DNA from: Podarcis liolepis
Taxonomy: Eukaryota
NCBI GenBank assembly: GCA_965112155.1
Contig: OZ218105.1
Direction: 5' to 3' (one strand)
Length of the DNA: 64,000 bases
Both the position numbers and the translations under genes were made by a program. The notes below the pieces were generated by a model that saw only the letters and a list, made by a program, of their open reading frames with translations, searched no databases and was not told the DNA's origin. How positions within the stretch are numbered: the stretch's first letter is position 1; every line of letters begins with the position of its first letter. Shown piece by piece: positions 27,029 through 38,669 of the stretch.

Positions 27029-28006
27029 TTCCCCACCCCGTCTCCGGTAGTGGTGTTTCTCTTTGGCAGGATCAGGAAGGTATAGGCAGTTTGGGGGACT
27101 GCACTGACAGATGGGATGGGCTGCAGTGGGATGGGATGGAAAAGGATTGGATTTCTCCATGGCTTCAGTGTGGAGTGGCCTCCATTCCCCTGCTGAGGAA
27201 CTGCTCTGAATTTCCCTCCTTGCCCAAGCACCTCATTCTTTCATGGTGTCTGTTTTAATGCTCCATTCCCTGAGCTTCTCTCGTGATTCGTGTTCCAAGC
27301 GTGTCAGCCCCCCACACCAAGCATTGATGCCCCACCCGCTGAAAACCTTTCTTGTTGCATGTTTGGGGTTAGAGTCCTCGCTTTTTTGTATTATATATAT
27401 TTTAAAAAATCCCCTGACATTTAAAATAAACTCCCTTTGTGGGTTTTTTTTTTGTTTTTTTGTTAACACAAAATGTAATGAAGCTGTGTCCATCTATCCT
27501 TTCTCCCTGTTCCCTCCCTCACCCCACATCTTTCCTTCTCCCATGCACCCTTTCTGGATCTGTGTCTCAACAGCAAAAGATTTTAGTAAAAACATTAAAG
27601 GAAAAAAATCCACAAAAAATAAAAAAGAGCCTCCAAGCCCAGATGAATATGCAGATGTGGAAGGTGCATGCAGCCCACTGGTTATCCACCTCTGTGCTAC
27701 AGCCATGGAGAGAGAGCCCTGCTACCAAAAGTTCTGGTAAACCAAACCGTTCTAGAGACCTTGTTAATCATTATTAAACAATGGCACTAGCAGCCTTCAG
27801 GAATGCATCCTTAGCTTTAGCTAAACATGCAAAGGAGGGGCCTCGGGAAGAGATGTGCAATCTACACCATGCTGTGGTTCTTCTTAGTCTCCCATTCCTG
27901 GATGGCGATTGCCTGACCCAGGAAACCTTTTGTACTCAGGAAAGTTTCCTATGCATTTTAGAATACTGGGAGATCAAATAGGAAGTACTGGAACTTATGT
28001 GCTCAC

Positions 28007-30430
28007 CTGATGGATTGCTGCCTCCTCCGTACCTGTGTCAGAATCACCTATGAGTAACACAGGGCCTGGCTTATCCGGAGCCTGTTGTGGTGTCAGAGTA
28101 TTGGTACAGCTTCCAATTGGAAAAAGAATCTGACTTTTCCGAGAGCCTGAAGTCAGTGAAACCTCATGGCAATAAGACTGAAGAAATGCCCGGACTCCAT
28201 CAATCCCCACAAACTGTGAAACTGGTGCACCATCAAAATGCACACTTCCATTATCACATAGCTGAGAATTTTTCCAACTGCGAAGTTTGAGTGCCAGTAA
28301 CACAAGGAGGAAGGCGAGGAACAAGCAGGAGACAAAAGCCACTGCAGTCACCAAGTAGAAGGTGAGATCTGACTGTGGGTCTTCAGATACTGGGACGCTG
28401 CTCAGATCAGTCAGCATGTCAGGGATGCTGTCAGCCAAGACCACAGTGACAGTGACTGACGCCGACATTGGAGGCTGCCCATTGTCCTTGACCAAAACAA
28501 CCAGGCTTTGCTTGAGGGCATCTTTCTCCAGAAAGAAGCGGGCCGTCCTGATCTCTCCCGTGTGGAGCCCCAGAGTGAAGAGCCCTGGCTCGGTGGCCTT
28601 GATCAGCTGGTAGGAGAGCCAGGCATTCTGGCCAGAGTCCGCATCCACGGCCACCACCTTAGTGACCAGGTAGCCTGGCTCAGAGGAGCGAGGGGCCAGC
28701 TCTATCCCTGTGGAACCATCAGTGGGAGCGGAGGGGTACAGGATTTGGGGAGCATTGTCATTCTGGTCCAGGATGAAGAGAGTCACTGAGACATTGGAGC
28801 TGAGTGGTGGAGAACCTCCATCCTGAGCCTTTACACTGAACCGAATGTCTCGAAAGTCTTCATAATCAAAGGAGGTCAGAGCATATATAACCCCTGTCTA
28901 AGAGTTAATGGAGAGGTAGGAGGAGAGGCGGGAGTCACTTCTTTGGTCATCAGTGATGGAATATGTTATTCTGGCATTTTCTTCCCAGTCAAGATCATTT
29001 GCTCTTATAGAAGAGACCATGGCTCCTCTTTGGTTATTCTCAACAAAATAGAAAGTATAGTCTGTTTTTTCAAAGAGGGGTGGGTTGTCATTTGTATCTA
29101 TAACATGAAGTGTGATGACTGTGACTGCAGAAAGAGGGGGGACTCCATGGTCAGTAACAGTGACAGTAATATTGAAGACTGACACCTGTTCCCTGTCAAG
29201 AGCACCATCAGTCACCAAACTGTAAAAGTTATCCATGGACTTCTTTAGCTGAAAAGGGAGACTGCTAGGGATTGAACATGTGATTTCCCCATTGATTCCT
29301 GAATCTCGGTCTTGGACATTTAAAATGGCAATTACCGTTTGGGATGGTGAACTTTCAAGTATGGTGTTGGTGGCAAAGTTAACTGATAATTCAGGTGCAT
29401 TGTCATTCAGATCCATCACAGATAACACAACTTTTGATCTGTCACTCAGGCCTCCTCCATCTTTGGCTTGTATCTCAAATGCATATAAAGATGATTCCTC
29501 ATAATCAAGATTCCCAATAAGGATGATTTCACCTGTTGTGGAATTTAACAGAAACATTTGGGAGTCCTTCTTTGTGATTTTTTGGAAAAAGTATTTAACG
29601 TCTCCATTGATTCCTTCATCCATATCAGTTGCTCTCACTGTCAAAAGTGTGGACCACTTGGGAATATTCTCATTCACACTCACTTCATAGAGAGGTTGGC
29701 TGAAAACTGGTGCATTGTCATTTGCATCAATAACAACAATGTGGATTTGTAATGTGCCAGACCTGATAGGATCACCTCCATCAGTAGCTATGAGGAGCAG
29801 ATCGTAAGCTGATTGTTCCTCTCTGTCCAGTGACTTTTCCAACACAAGTTCAACAAGTCTGGCACCATTCTCTTCTGTTTGCACATGCAAAGCAAAATGG
29901 CTACTGCCTGTGACTTGATAGCTCTGCACTGAATTTATCCCCAAATCTGGATCTTGAGCTTCAGGAAGAGGAACCTGGAATCCAGGTGTAGATGCCTCAC
30001 TGATTTCCAGCTCCTGTTCCCATAGAGGGAAGTGGGGAGCATTATCATTTATATCTGTAATTTCCACTTCAATTCCATAAAGCTTCAGTTTGCTTTCAAC
30101 AAGAACCTGAAACTTCAACAAACATTTCTCTGCCTCTCTGCAGATTTCCTCTCTATCTATTCTCTCAGATATCTGCAAATGGCCATTGTTGGCATTCAAA
30201 GAAAAGTACTGAATCATACCTACAGGGTAAACAATGCGCAGTCCATGGTTTGGGAGCTGCTTGCCATCCATTCCCAGGTCCTTTGCAATATTCCCCACGG
30301 AAGAGCCTTTGTGCATCTCTTCTGGAATGGAGTAGTGGATCTGCCCAGAAACTGCCTTCCAAGAAAACATCATGAAAAGGCACTGGAAGATTCCATTTCT
30401 GCAGTTCCATAGCCTCTGAGTTCCTTCCAT
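28007..30430 (-). pseudogene. PCDHGA: Full-length chimeric gamma-A variable exon with a premature stop (gene 6; E511*)
   Basis: ORFs 28898-30430 and 27995-28786 are in the same frame, separated by TAG at 28898-28900 where paralogs have a Glu codon (SINSETG). CSE and donor CAG|GTGAGC (28001-28006) are intact. Confidence 0.88.
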
Positions 30431-30621
30431 CCTTGCAGCAGGTTAAAGGCCCTTAGATTCTGGTTCAAATGATGCTGTATGCAATTTTTTTTAAGAAAAA
30501 TGCACTTCCATTGCTTCTTTACACTGACAAGCAGCTTGTTCGTTCAGATATTTTGTGTTTGCGTTTAACGGAAAGGCAACTTCAATTGGGCAGGATTTCA
30601 CATTTCTGCTCCGTTCTGGTC

Positions 30622-30654
30622 AACAGTGACACCCAGAGGATCAAGCCCAAACTG
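30622..30654 (-). promoter_or_regulatory. CSE / CTCF site of pseudogene 6 (CACT variant)
   Basis: Identical to the gene 3 CSE. Confidence 0.8.
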
Positions 30655-32508
30655 CAAAAACTTCACTTTTGAAAATTAAATAAACACCATTTCACTGTAC
30701 GGTACTATTATATTATAATATTATAAATATTATAAATGAAGATATAGCTAGGATAACTATGTATATTTTTCTATATTCTTTATTTTTTTCCTTCAAATTT
30801 ACCCACTATAGATAAAGAAGAGTGACAACTTTTTTGTTGTTGTAAACAAACTGAAATGGAGCAGGAAAGACAAGTGTGTTTAGGGTTCCTGCCCTACCCC
30901 ATTACTGGAAATTCTGGAATGAATTGAATTCTGAAATATTGAACTTTCTCAGCAATGTTGTTTGCTGGATATTAAAAAGATTCATTTTGGATGCAGAAAA
31001 AAGAATAGTAAGGCTCCGGTACTTCTTATTTTCTTTGTGTCAGTGTAATGTTTGTAGTTGTAAAGTGAGGAAACTGATATGCTGACACACAGTTCTTTCC
31101 TGCTGTTTTCATGGGGAAACAGAAGCATCCATGTGCAGAAAGGCTGACAGAGTTGCGGCATTAGCCAATGACATTCATTGTTGTGTGATACCAAATACAC
31201 TGGTGTGCATGAAATTCAGCACAACTTGGTGGTATATCAGTCAAAAACCACAGTTCCTTAGCACAGCAGGTACCACAGTGAAAAGAACAGGACAGAAATG
31301 CTGCCATTAAACGCAGGAAAAATAACTAATGCAATATCCCCCACAAATTTGAATGCAGCCTCTCCCCCTACCCCAATATCATAACATTGATCTACTTTTC
31401 TGGTTTATTGTAAGAGTTACACAGCACTATATGTGAAGCGCCTTGAACATTCTTAACACTAGGTATTACTGCACAGAGCAAAGAAGTAAAATGGCCACAT
31501 TCTCTGTAATTTATTGCCACTGCTTATCTGGAAAGGGCTGGGCTTCAGTCACGGCAAGGTTAGGGCCATGTAGGTGCACCAGCAGGAATGCCAGATTGGT
31601 TGCTGACAGATGCATACAGACCCAGCCACACCGCTGCCTCATCCACAGCTCCAGCTTATCACAAACACCACTACTGTGGATGGATAACATTCAATGGCAG
31701 CTCAGAAGCACACATGTGAAAACTGGATGTCAAACTCAGAAGAGAGCTTTATTAAAAACTAGCATGTGAGGGCTTGTTAAAGAGCAGAGGTAGGTGGTTT
31801 TCGGCCATCTTCGTTGGAGAGCTTGATGTTGTGCTTCTTGTTCTACAAGATTAAACTGCTAAAACTGAATTTGGCCATTAACAGGAGGGACAAGACACTG
31901 AATTATCCACTAGATAATGCCAACAAATGTTCTTTAACATTAGTCTTCATCTTTCCTAATGGAATATACACTGGTGGTGAACATGACCCAGCTTTAAAGC
32001 ACAGCAATTACAGGATGTGCAGATGTATGTCCTGGCCAGATTGACTCTCCATAAGAAAACATTCCATGCCAAAGAGTTAAAAGGGCATCTACCATTGGTA
32101 GCTGTCACTCAATAGTCATTTGTCACCCATATTTCTACAGTACGGAAGCATGACTAGAGATGGTATAAGTAGAAATACTAACCACACGCTCCACATACAC
32201 ACATCCTTACATACAAAGTGTTCACTACAACTGTTACAACTTGTCATAATTTCTAACAATATAATGCAAATGCCAAGGAAAGGAATGCCAGTACTTTGGG
32301 ATTGCATACAGGACCTGGCCAGGGCTGGGGCTGGGGGGGCAGGGGATAGTTTCGGGTTCATGATACGGTCATGTTTGGTTTAGGGTATTTGTCAATCCAG
32401 GGACTATTTCCAGTACCGGTATATACATATCTTGGAAGTGGGGGGATATGTGCATATTATTTAATTATTAATTAATTTAAAATAAATCTATAGTCCCCAC
32501 CACCACTA

Positions 32509-32541
<33 letters not shown>

Positions 32542-33378
32542 GAGTGGTATGCAACATCTCTAGAAATGCCAAGAGAAACTCCCTTTTGATGTCACTCTTC
32601 TACACAGGTTGTACATGAGCATTTTTCATTCTACAAACAGCATGCAGTCACAGGACCTAAGAAATGCTTGTACAACTGATAGCTTCCATCAGAGCTCCAC
32701 CACTTAATATGTTGTGCTATTCTCATCAGACCCAAATCCCAAGCTGTGTCTGTGACAGGAACACAATATCCAAATGCTGTGAAAGATTATTTGTATATAT
32801 GAGAACCAAATCATGTTATTCTAAAATGTTTAGTGATTAATTAATCCTTTCATTAAATAATCCAATCCATAAAAAGCTCCGCAAACACTTCCTAAAATTC
32901 AGTTGAAAAACTTTACCAATTACTAAGAAATTTACCAACTTATTTAAAGAATATTCTATGAAAGACTTTTTGGTATTTCTTCTTGTAAATTTCTTAAAGG
33001 ACAGAATGTGAAAATAGCTACATATTCAATTGCTTTTGTACTGCAAAGATAAGAAGAAGAAGAAAACATTCTCTCCACTCAGCCATGCTGCACAACACTG
33101 TAATCTTAGCATGACACCGAGTTACCATGCAGATGTGTACCTGGACAATTCTGACAGAGCCTCCGCCATCCTGCTATGCTGCCCCTCAATAGCTGCTGGA
33201 AAGTCCAATTAGCTTGCTCTACAGCAGTAGCAGCTCAATACTACTCCCTACCTACTTCCCTGATGACATGGTCTGAATTCTCAGGGATGCCAGTTTGATA
33301 ACATCCACTGTTTACAATTAAACTCTCAAACAAGTGATAACACCAAATTCCCTATAAGGAACATGCAATATAACTCAC

Positions 33379-35808
33379 CGTGCTGTCATTTTCCTTTTCA
33401 GAAATTAAATTGCCTCCACTAACCATCAAAGAAATGTCAGAGTTGCCATTGCAAAGGATGTTCTCTGCTATTTGGACAGTGGGCTGCAGGAAAGTCAACT
33501 CATTTCTCCTGGATTCAGAGGACAGACAGACCTGGTAGGAATAAGGCAAAGTTCCATCCTCATAATTGGGTGGGAATATGGCACCAGCCTTTGAATGGGG
33601 GTCAGGAATAAAGCACTGAAGGAAAGTGGGGTTTCTTGACCTTCGAAGCTTCATCAGAATGGTCAGAATCACCGTCACCAGGAACAGAAAGGACACCAAG
33701 GTCAAGGCCAATACCAAATAAAACTGTAGATCAGACTGATACTCTGAGTCATTTGGTTGGGAGTTTATTTCTGGAAGAGCCTCCTGGAAGTTCTCAGCAA
33801 ACACCAAGCTCAAAGTTGTGGTGGCTGAGAGAGGAGGATTCCCATTGTCCTTCACCAGGATGACCAGCCTCTGCTTCACTGCATCTCTCTCAAGTAATGC
33901 TCGGACTGTTTGCACCTCTCCTGTGTGGGAGCCAATGCTGAAGAGTGAGGGCTCTGTGGCCTGCAGGAGATGGAAGGAGAGCCAGGCATTGTGTCCAGAA
34001 TCAGAGTCCACGGCCACCACCTTCGTCACCAGATAACCCGACTCAGCTGACCGAGGCACCATCTCAAAGAAAGGGGAGCCCTCGGTTGATTGTGAGGGGT
34101 ACAGGATCTGCGGAGCATTATCATTTCGATCCAAAACACATACTGTCACTGTGGCACTGCTATTGAGTGGTGGAGAACCTCCATCTTGGGCCTTCACTTG
34201 AATCTGAAACTCCCTGAATTGCTCATAGTCAAAGGAGCGTTGGGCATAGATGATCCCAGTCTCAGAGTTAATGGAGACATAGGAGGAGAGAGGCAGGTCC
34301 TTGATGTTGCTGTGAAGGACGGAGTAAGTGATTCTGGCATTGCGATCCAGATCTGGGTCAGAGGCCTTGATGTGGAAAATTGAAGCTCCAGATGGGTTGT
34401 TCTCTGGAACGTAGGCAGTGTAGGAAGATTTTTCAAAGGCTGGTGGGTTATCATTGATATCTGAGATCTGTATTGATATGGTTTTGTGTGTGGAGAGTGG
34501 AGGTGTGCCTTTGTCTGTGGCTGTGATTGTAATATTATACTCTGGAGTCCTTTCTCTGTCAAGGGCACCATCTATCAGGAGCTTGAAGTAATTACTCGAA
34601 GATGATACTATCAGGAAAGGTACAAGTTCCTTCAGGTGACAGGTAACTTCTCCATTATCCCCAGAATCCCTGTCCTGAACTTTAATGAGAGCAATCACAG
34701 CTCCAGATGTGACATCTTCCGGTACTGGGCTGGACACGGATGTAAGGATCACATCTGGAGCATTGTCATTCTCATCAAGAACCTCAACCTCCACATTGCA
34801 ATGTGCCGCCAATCCTCCGCCATCACTTGCCTGAATTTTCATCACATATTTTTGTCTGTCCTCAAAATCAACACTTTCTATAAGTGCAATTGTTCCATCT
34901 CTGGGATCCAGATGAAACTTCTGTTCAGCTGTTTTTGGGATGTCACTGAAAGTGTAAGTGATCTCAGCATTGGACCCTTCATCACTGTCAGATGCTTTGA
35001 CTTGAAGCACAGAGGTTCCTTTGCGTGCACTCTCCTTCAGGCTCACTTTATAGTTTGCCTGGGTGAAAACAGGAGCATTGTCATTAATATCAATAACTGC
35101 AACCAATATGTTGGCTGTTCCGGTTTTTGGAGGTTCTCCACCATCCATGGCTGTAAGGACCATGTGGTGCATCTGTTCTTTTTCCCTGTCCAGTTGTTTC
35201 TGCAATATTAATTCTGCATATTTTCCGCCATCATTGCTGTTTTGAATTTCTAGTTTGAAATATGGAGTTGAGCTTAACTGATAATTCTGGAGGGAGTTTA
35301 TTCCAATATCATCATCTTCAGCGTTTCCAAGAGCAAATCGAGTTCCCGGCAGAGTAGATTCACTAAATTTAAGCTCAATATTTTCATTCCGGAAATGTGG
35401 GGCATTATCATTAATGTCCTGGATAAAAATATTTACGTGGAAAATATTCAAAGGATTGTGTGCCACAATTTCTAATTCGAGGACACAAGTGGATGATTCC
35501 CCACAGATCTCTTCCCGGTCTATCCTCTCATTCACATACAGGTTGCCATTTTGTTCATTCAAATCAAAGAATTGCTTTTCTGAAGAAATACCAAGCTTGC
35601 GCTTTGACAGCTCTCTGACATCCAACCCCAGATCTTTAGCAAGGTTCCCCACAAAGGAGCCCTGCTCTGCTTCCTCTGGAACTGAATACTGAACCTTCTC
35701 AGACACTACCTGGCAGCAGAACACAGACCAGAATATGAACAGAAACAGTACTTGCCTCTTGGTGATCTTCCTTTTTCTCTCTGCCTGCTTTATTTCCATC
35801 ACATCCAT
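33379..35808 (-). CDS. PCDHGB: Protocadherin gamma-B-like variable exon (gene 7; 810 codons)
   Basis: Same architecture as genes 1 and 4; donor ACG|GTGAGT at 33373-33378. Confidence 0.93.
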
Positions 35809-36045
35809 TGCCTTTCCTGATTTCTTCCTGCTTTCAGTACAGTTTTCAAGACTCCCAGTACACTTATTTGAGATAATAGAAATATTCTTCTTTTCAGCTG
35901 ATCCTTGGGAAACTGAGAGCTTTCCTTTCTTGAGCAGCTTTTAAAATAAAACCTTTTCCTTTCTGCTCAGCTGAAGTGTTAAGAGAGAGAGAGATTGCTC
36001 CAAGAGTCTCGGAAATGCTGAGCCATGGCTGCTCCCATGTTGTCC

Positions 36046-36078
36046 AACAGTGACACTCTGAGTCCACATGGGGAACTG
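36046..36078 (-). promoter_or_regulatory. CSE / CTCF site of gene 7 (CACT variant)
   Basis: Identical to the gene 1 and gene 4 CSEs. Confidence 0.8.
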
Positions 36079-36383
36079 TATTTGCTTATATTCATGTTTA
36101 TAATTCTATATTGCTATTTTCCCCTGATATCAATGGAGAATTGTGAAGGACTAAAAATTCTTTCACTGGTTGTCCAAATGTACTTTAGTATCGCTTGATT
36201 AGAAGTCACATAAGCTTCATTCAGATTTGTTTTTCATTGCATACAAACTGTTATTTTAATATTTTTATTGCTTTTGCTGGTAGATGATAATGACACTTTA
36301 GGGTATTTTTGATGTAGCATAAACACAAGCAGTTGCCAGCAGAAGAAAACCATGCAATAATTCAGAAAGCCTACATCCCTGCC

Positions 36384-36596
36384 TAGGGCTGCCATACGTT
36401 TGGATTTCCCTGGACGTTACTGGGATTTCAAAGGCGGAATTGACATCTTGGGGGAATTTCCAAGAGTTGGTGCTTTGTCCTCGTTCTTAGGCAAGTCAAT
36501 CACAAAATCACGGTTTTAGGGGTGTTTTTGTCTAGAAAAAGCTCAACAACTTTCAGGTTTTCCTAAAAACAATTGTGGGATGCCCTGGCAACCCTA
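36384..36596. mobile_element. hAT-type MITE, duplicated copy of 23901-24113
   Basis: Same TIRs and same TCCCTGCC TSD, so it inserted before the duplication. Confidence 0.85.
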
Positions 36597-37305
36597 TCCC
36601 TGCCAGAATTCTGGTGATTTGGCCTTTATTTAATTATGAACTTGTTTTAATTTTTTAAATTTGTTCTGTCTTTAAGATTCTGGTGCATTGTGTGCTTTAT
36701 TTCTGTTCTATTGGCCATAATAAAATGCTGAAAAAGACATTTAAATTCACTTTAGCACAGGATAACTCTTTCATTCTTTAGGCATGCATATTCATTTGAC
36801 ATTTTTCTCATATGTTTGGTATCTTCCCTGTGGCATCTGGCTGGCCACTGCTGCATCCAACATGGGCTGCCATACGCCCGGATTTCCCCCAACATTTTTC
36901 TGATTTCTGCCCAGATGATGCTGACAAATTTTGGATATGTCTAGGAAATTCTGGATATATGGCAACCTGACAGAACACAGAGCAAGGCCTATGATGAGAA
37001 ATAAATACAGTGGGCAGGCTGGTTTGTGTAGGTAGTTTGTCAAATATCCTGCACAGAGCCAAACCACAATAAATTTCAAATATAAAATCCTTACTGTCAC
37101 GTAAGCCCCAGTGGTTTAAGAAAAGACAGATTGAAACCAATAAAGATTTCCCCAACTAGTAAAATAAGATACTAGCTATAAGTGGAATGAAATAATTACC
37201 AACATGTCTAATTGCTTTGAAAAGGGTCAATAGAAGAGATAAATGGAAAATTTATCTGTCAAGATTTGTAACTACATTTACAATTAGAAGAAAAAGTTAG
37301 CACTC

Positions 37306-37670
37306 CTGGTCTCTGATTTCATTTCCACTGTTCCAATCTAAATCCCCAGTAGCAAAAATAGGATCCTTTACCTCCTAGGCCTGATCATTGGTTGCGGTAT
37401 GGAAATAATTTGCCCTGGAAGTGTTAAACTGTTTTTTTCATAAAGTCAGTGGTAAGAGAAAGATCATCACAATAAGAGTAAATAAATGCTTGGATTCCAT
37501 CAATAGCCACAAACTGTGGGACAGGAGCACTACTGAAATTCACACTCCTTGACTCAAACAGCTGCAGTTTTCTCCATCTGTGCAACCTGATGACCACTAA
37601 CACGAGGAAAGTGATGAACAAGCAGGAAACAAAAGCCACTGCAGTCACCAGGTAGATGAGATATGGCTGA
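37306..37670 (-). pseudogene. Relic 3' end of a gamma-A variable exon, copy B (duplicate of 26664-27028)
   Basis: Near-identical to copy A; the donor GT is destroyed here (CAG|GAGTGC). Confidence 0.88.
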
Positions 37671-38669
37671 TTCCCCACCCCACCCCGTCTCCGGTAATGG
37701 TGTTTCTCTTTGGCAGGATCAGGAAGGTATAGGCAGTTTGGGGGACTGCACTGACAGATGGGATGGGCTGCAGTGGGATGGGATGGAAAAGGATTGGATT
37801 TCTCCATGGCTTCAGTGTGGAGTGCCCTCCATTCCCCTGCTGAGGAACTGCTCTGAATTTCCCTCCTTGCCCAAGGACCTCATTCTTTCATGGTGTCTGT
37901 TTTAATGCTCCATTCCCTGAGCTTCTCTCGTGATTCGTGTTCCAAGCGTGTCAGCCCCCCACACCAAGCATTGATGCCCCACCCGCTGAAAACCTTTCTT
38001 GTTGCATGCAACCCCCACAGTTTGGGGTTAGAGTCCTCGCTTTTTTGTATTATATATATTAAAAAAAAATCCCCTGACATTTAAAATAAACTCCCTTTGT
38101 GGTTTTTTTTTTGTTTTTGTTTTTTGTTAACACAAAATGTAATGAAGCTGTGTCCATCTATCCTTCCTCCCTGTTCCCTCCCTCACCCCACATCTTTCCT
38201 TCTCCCATGCACCCTTTCTGGATCTGTGTTTCAACAGCAAAAGATTTTAGTAAAAACATTGAAGGAAAAAAATCCACAAAAAATAAAAAGAGCCTCCAAG
38301 CCCAGATGAATATGCAGATGTGGAGGGTGCATGCAGCCCACTGGTTATCCACCTCTGTGCTACAGCCATGGAGAGAGAGCCCTGCTACCAAAAGCTCTGG
38401 TAAACCAAACCGTTCTAGAGACCTTGTTCATCATTATTAAACAATGGCACTAGCAGCCTTCAGGAATGCATCCTTAGCTTTAGCTAAACATGCAAAGGAG
38501 GGGCCTCGGGAAGAGATGTGCAATCTACACCATGCTGTGGTTCTTCTTAGTCTCCCATTCCTGGATGGTGATTGCCTGAGCCAGGAAACCTTTTGTACTC
38601 AGAAAAGTTTCCTATGCATTTTAGAATACTGGGAGATCAAATAGGAAGTACTGAAACTTATGTGCTCAC

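Larger units (their letters stand above)
16091..28828. repeat. Tandem segmental duplication, unit A (about 12.7 kb)
   Basis: Colinear and near-identical to 28829-39491, including intergenic DNA and TEs (17692=30430, 20895=33379, 23901=36384, 26664=37306, 28007=38670). Boundaries approximate. Confidence 0.9.
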
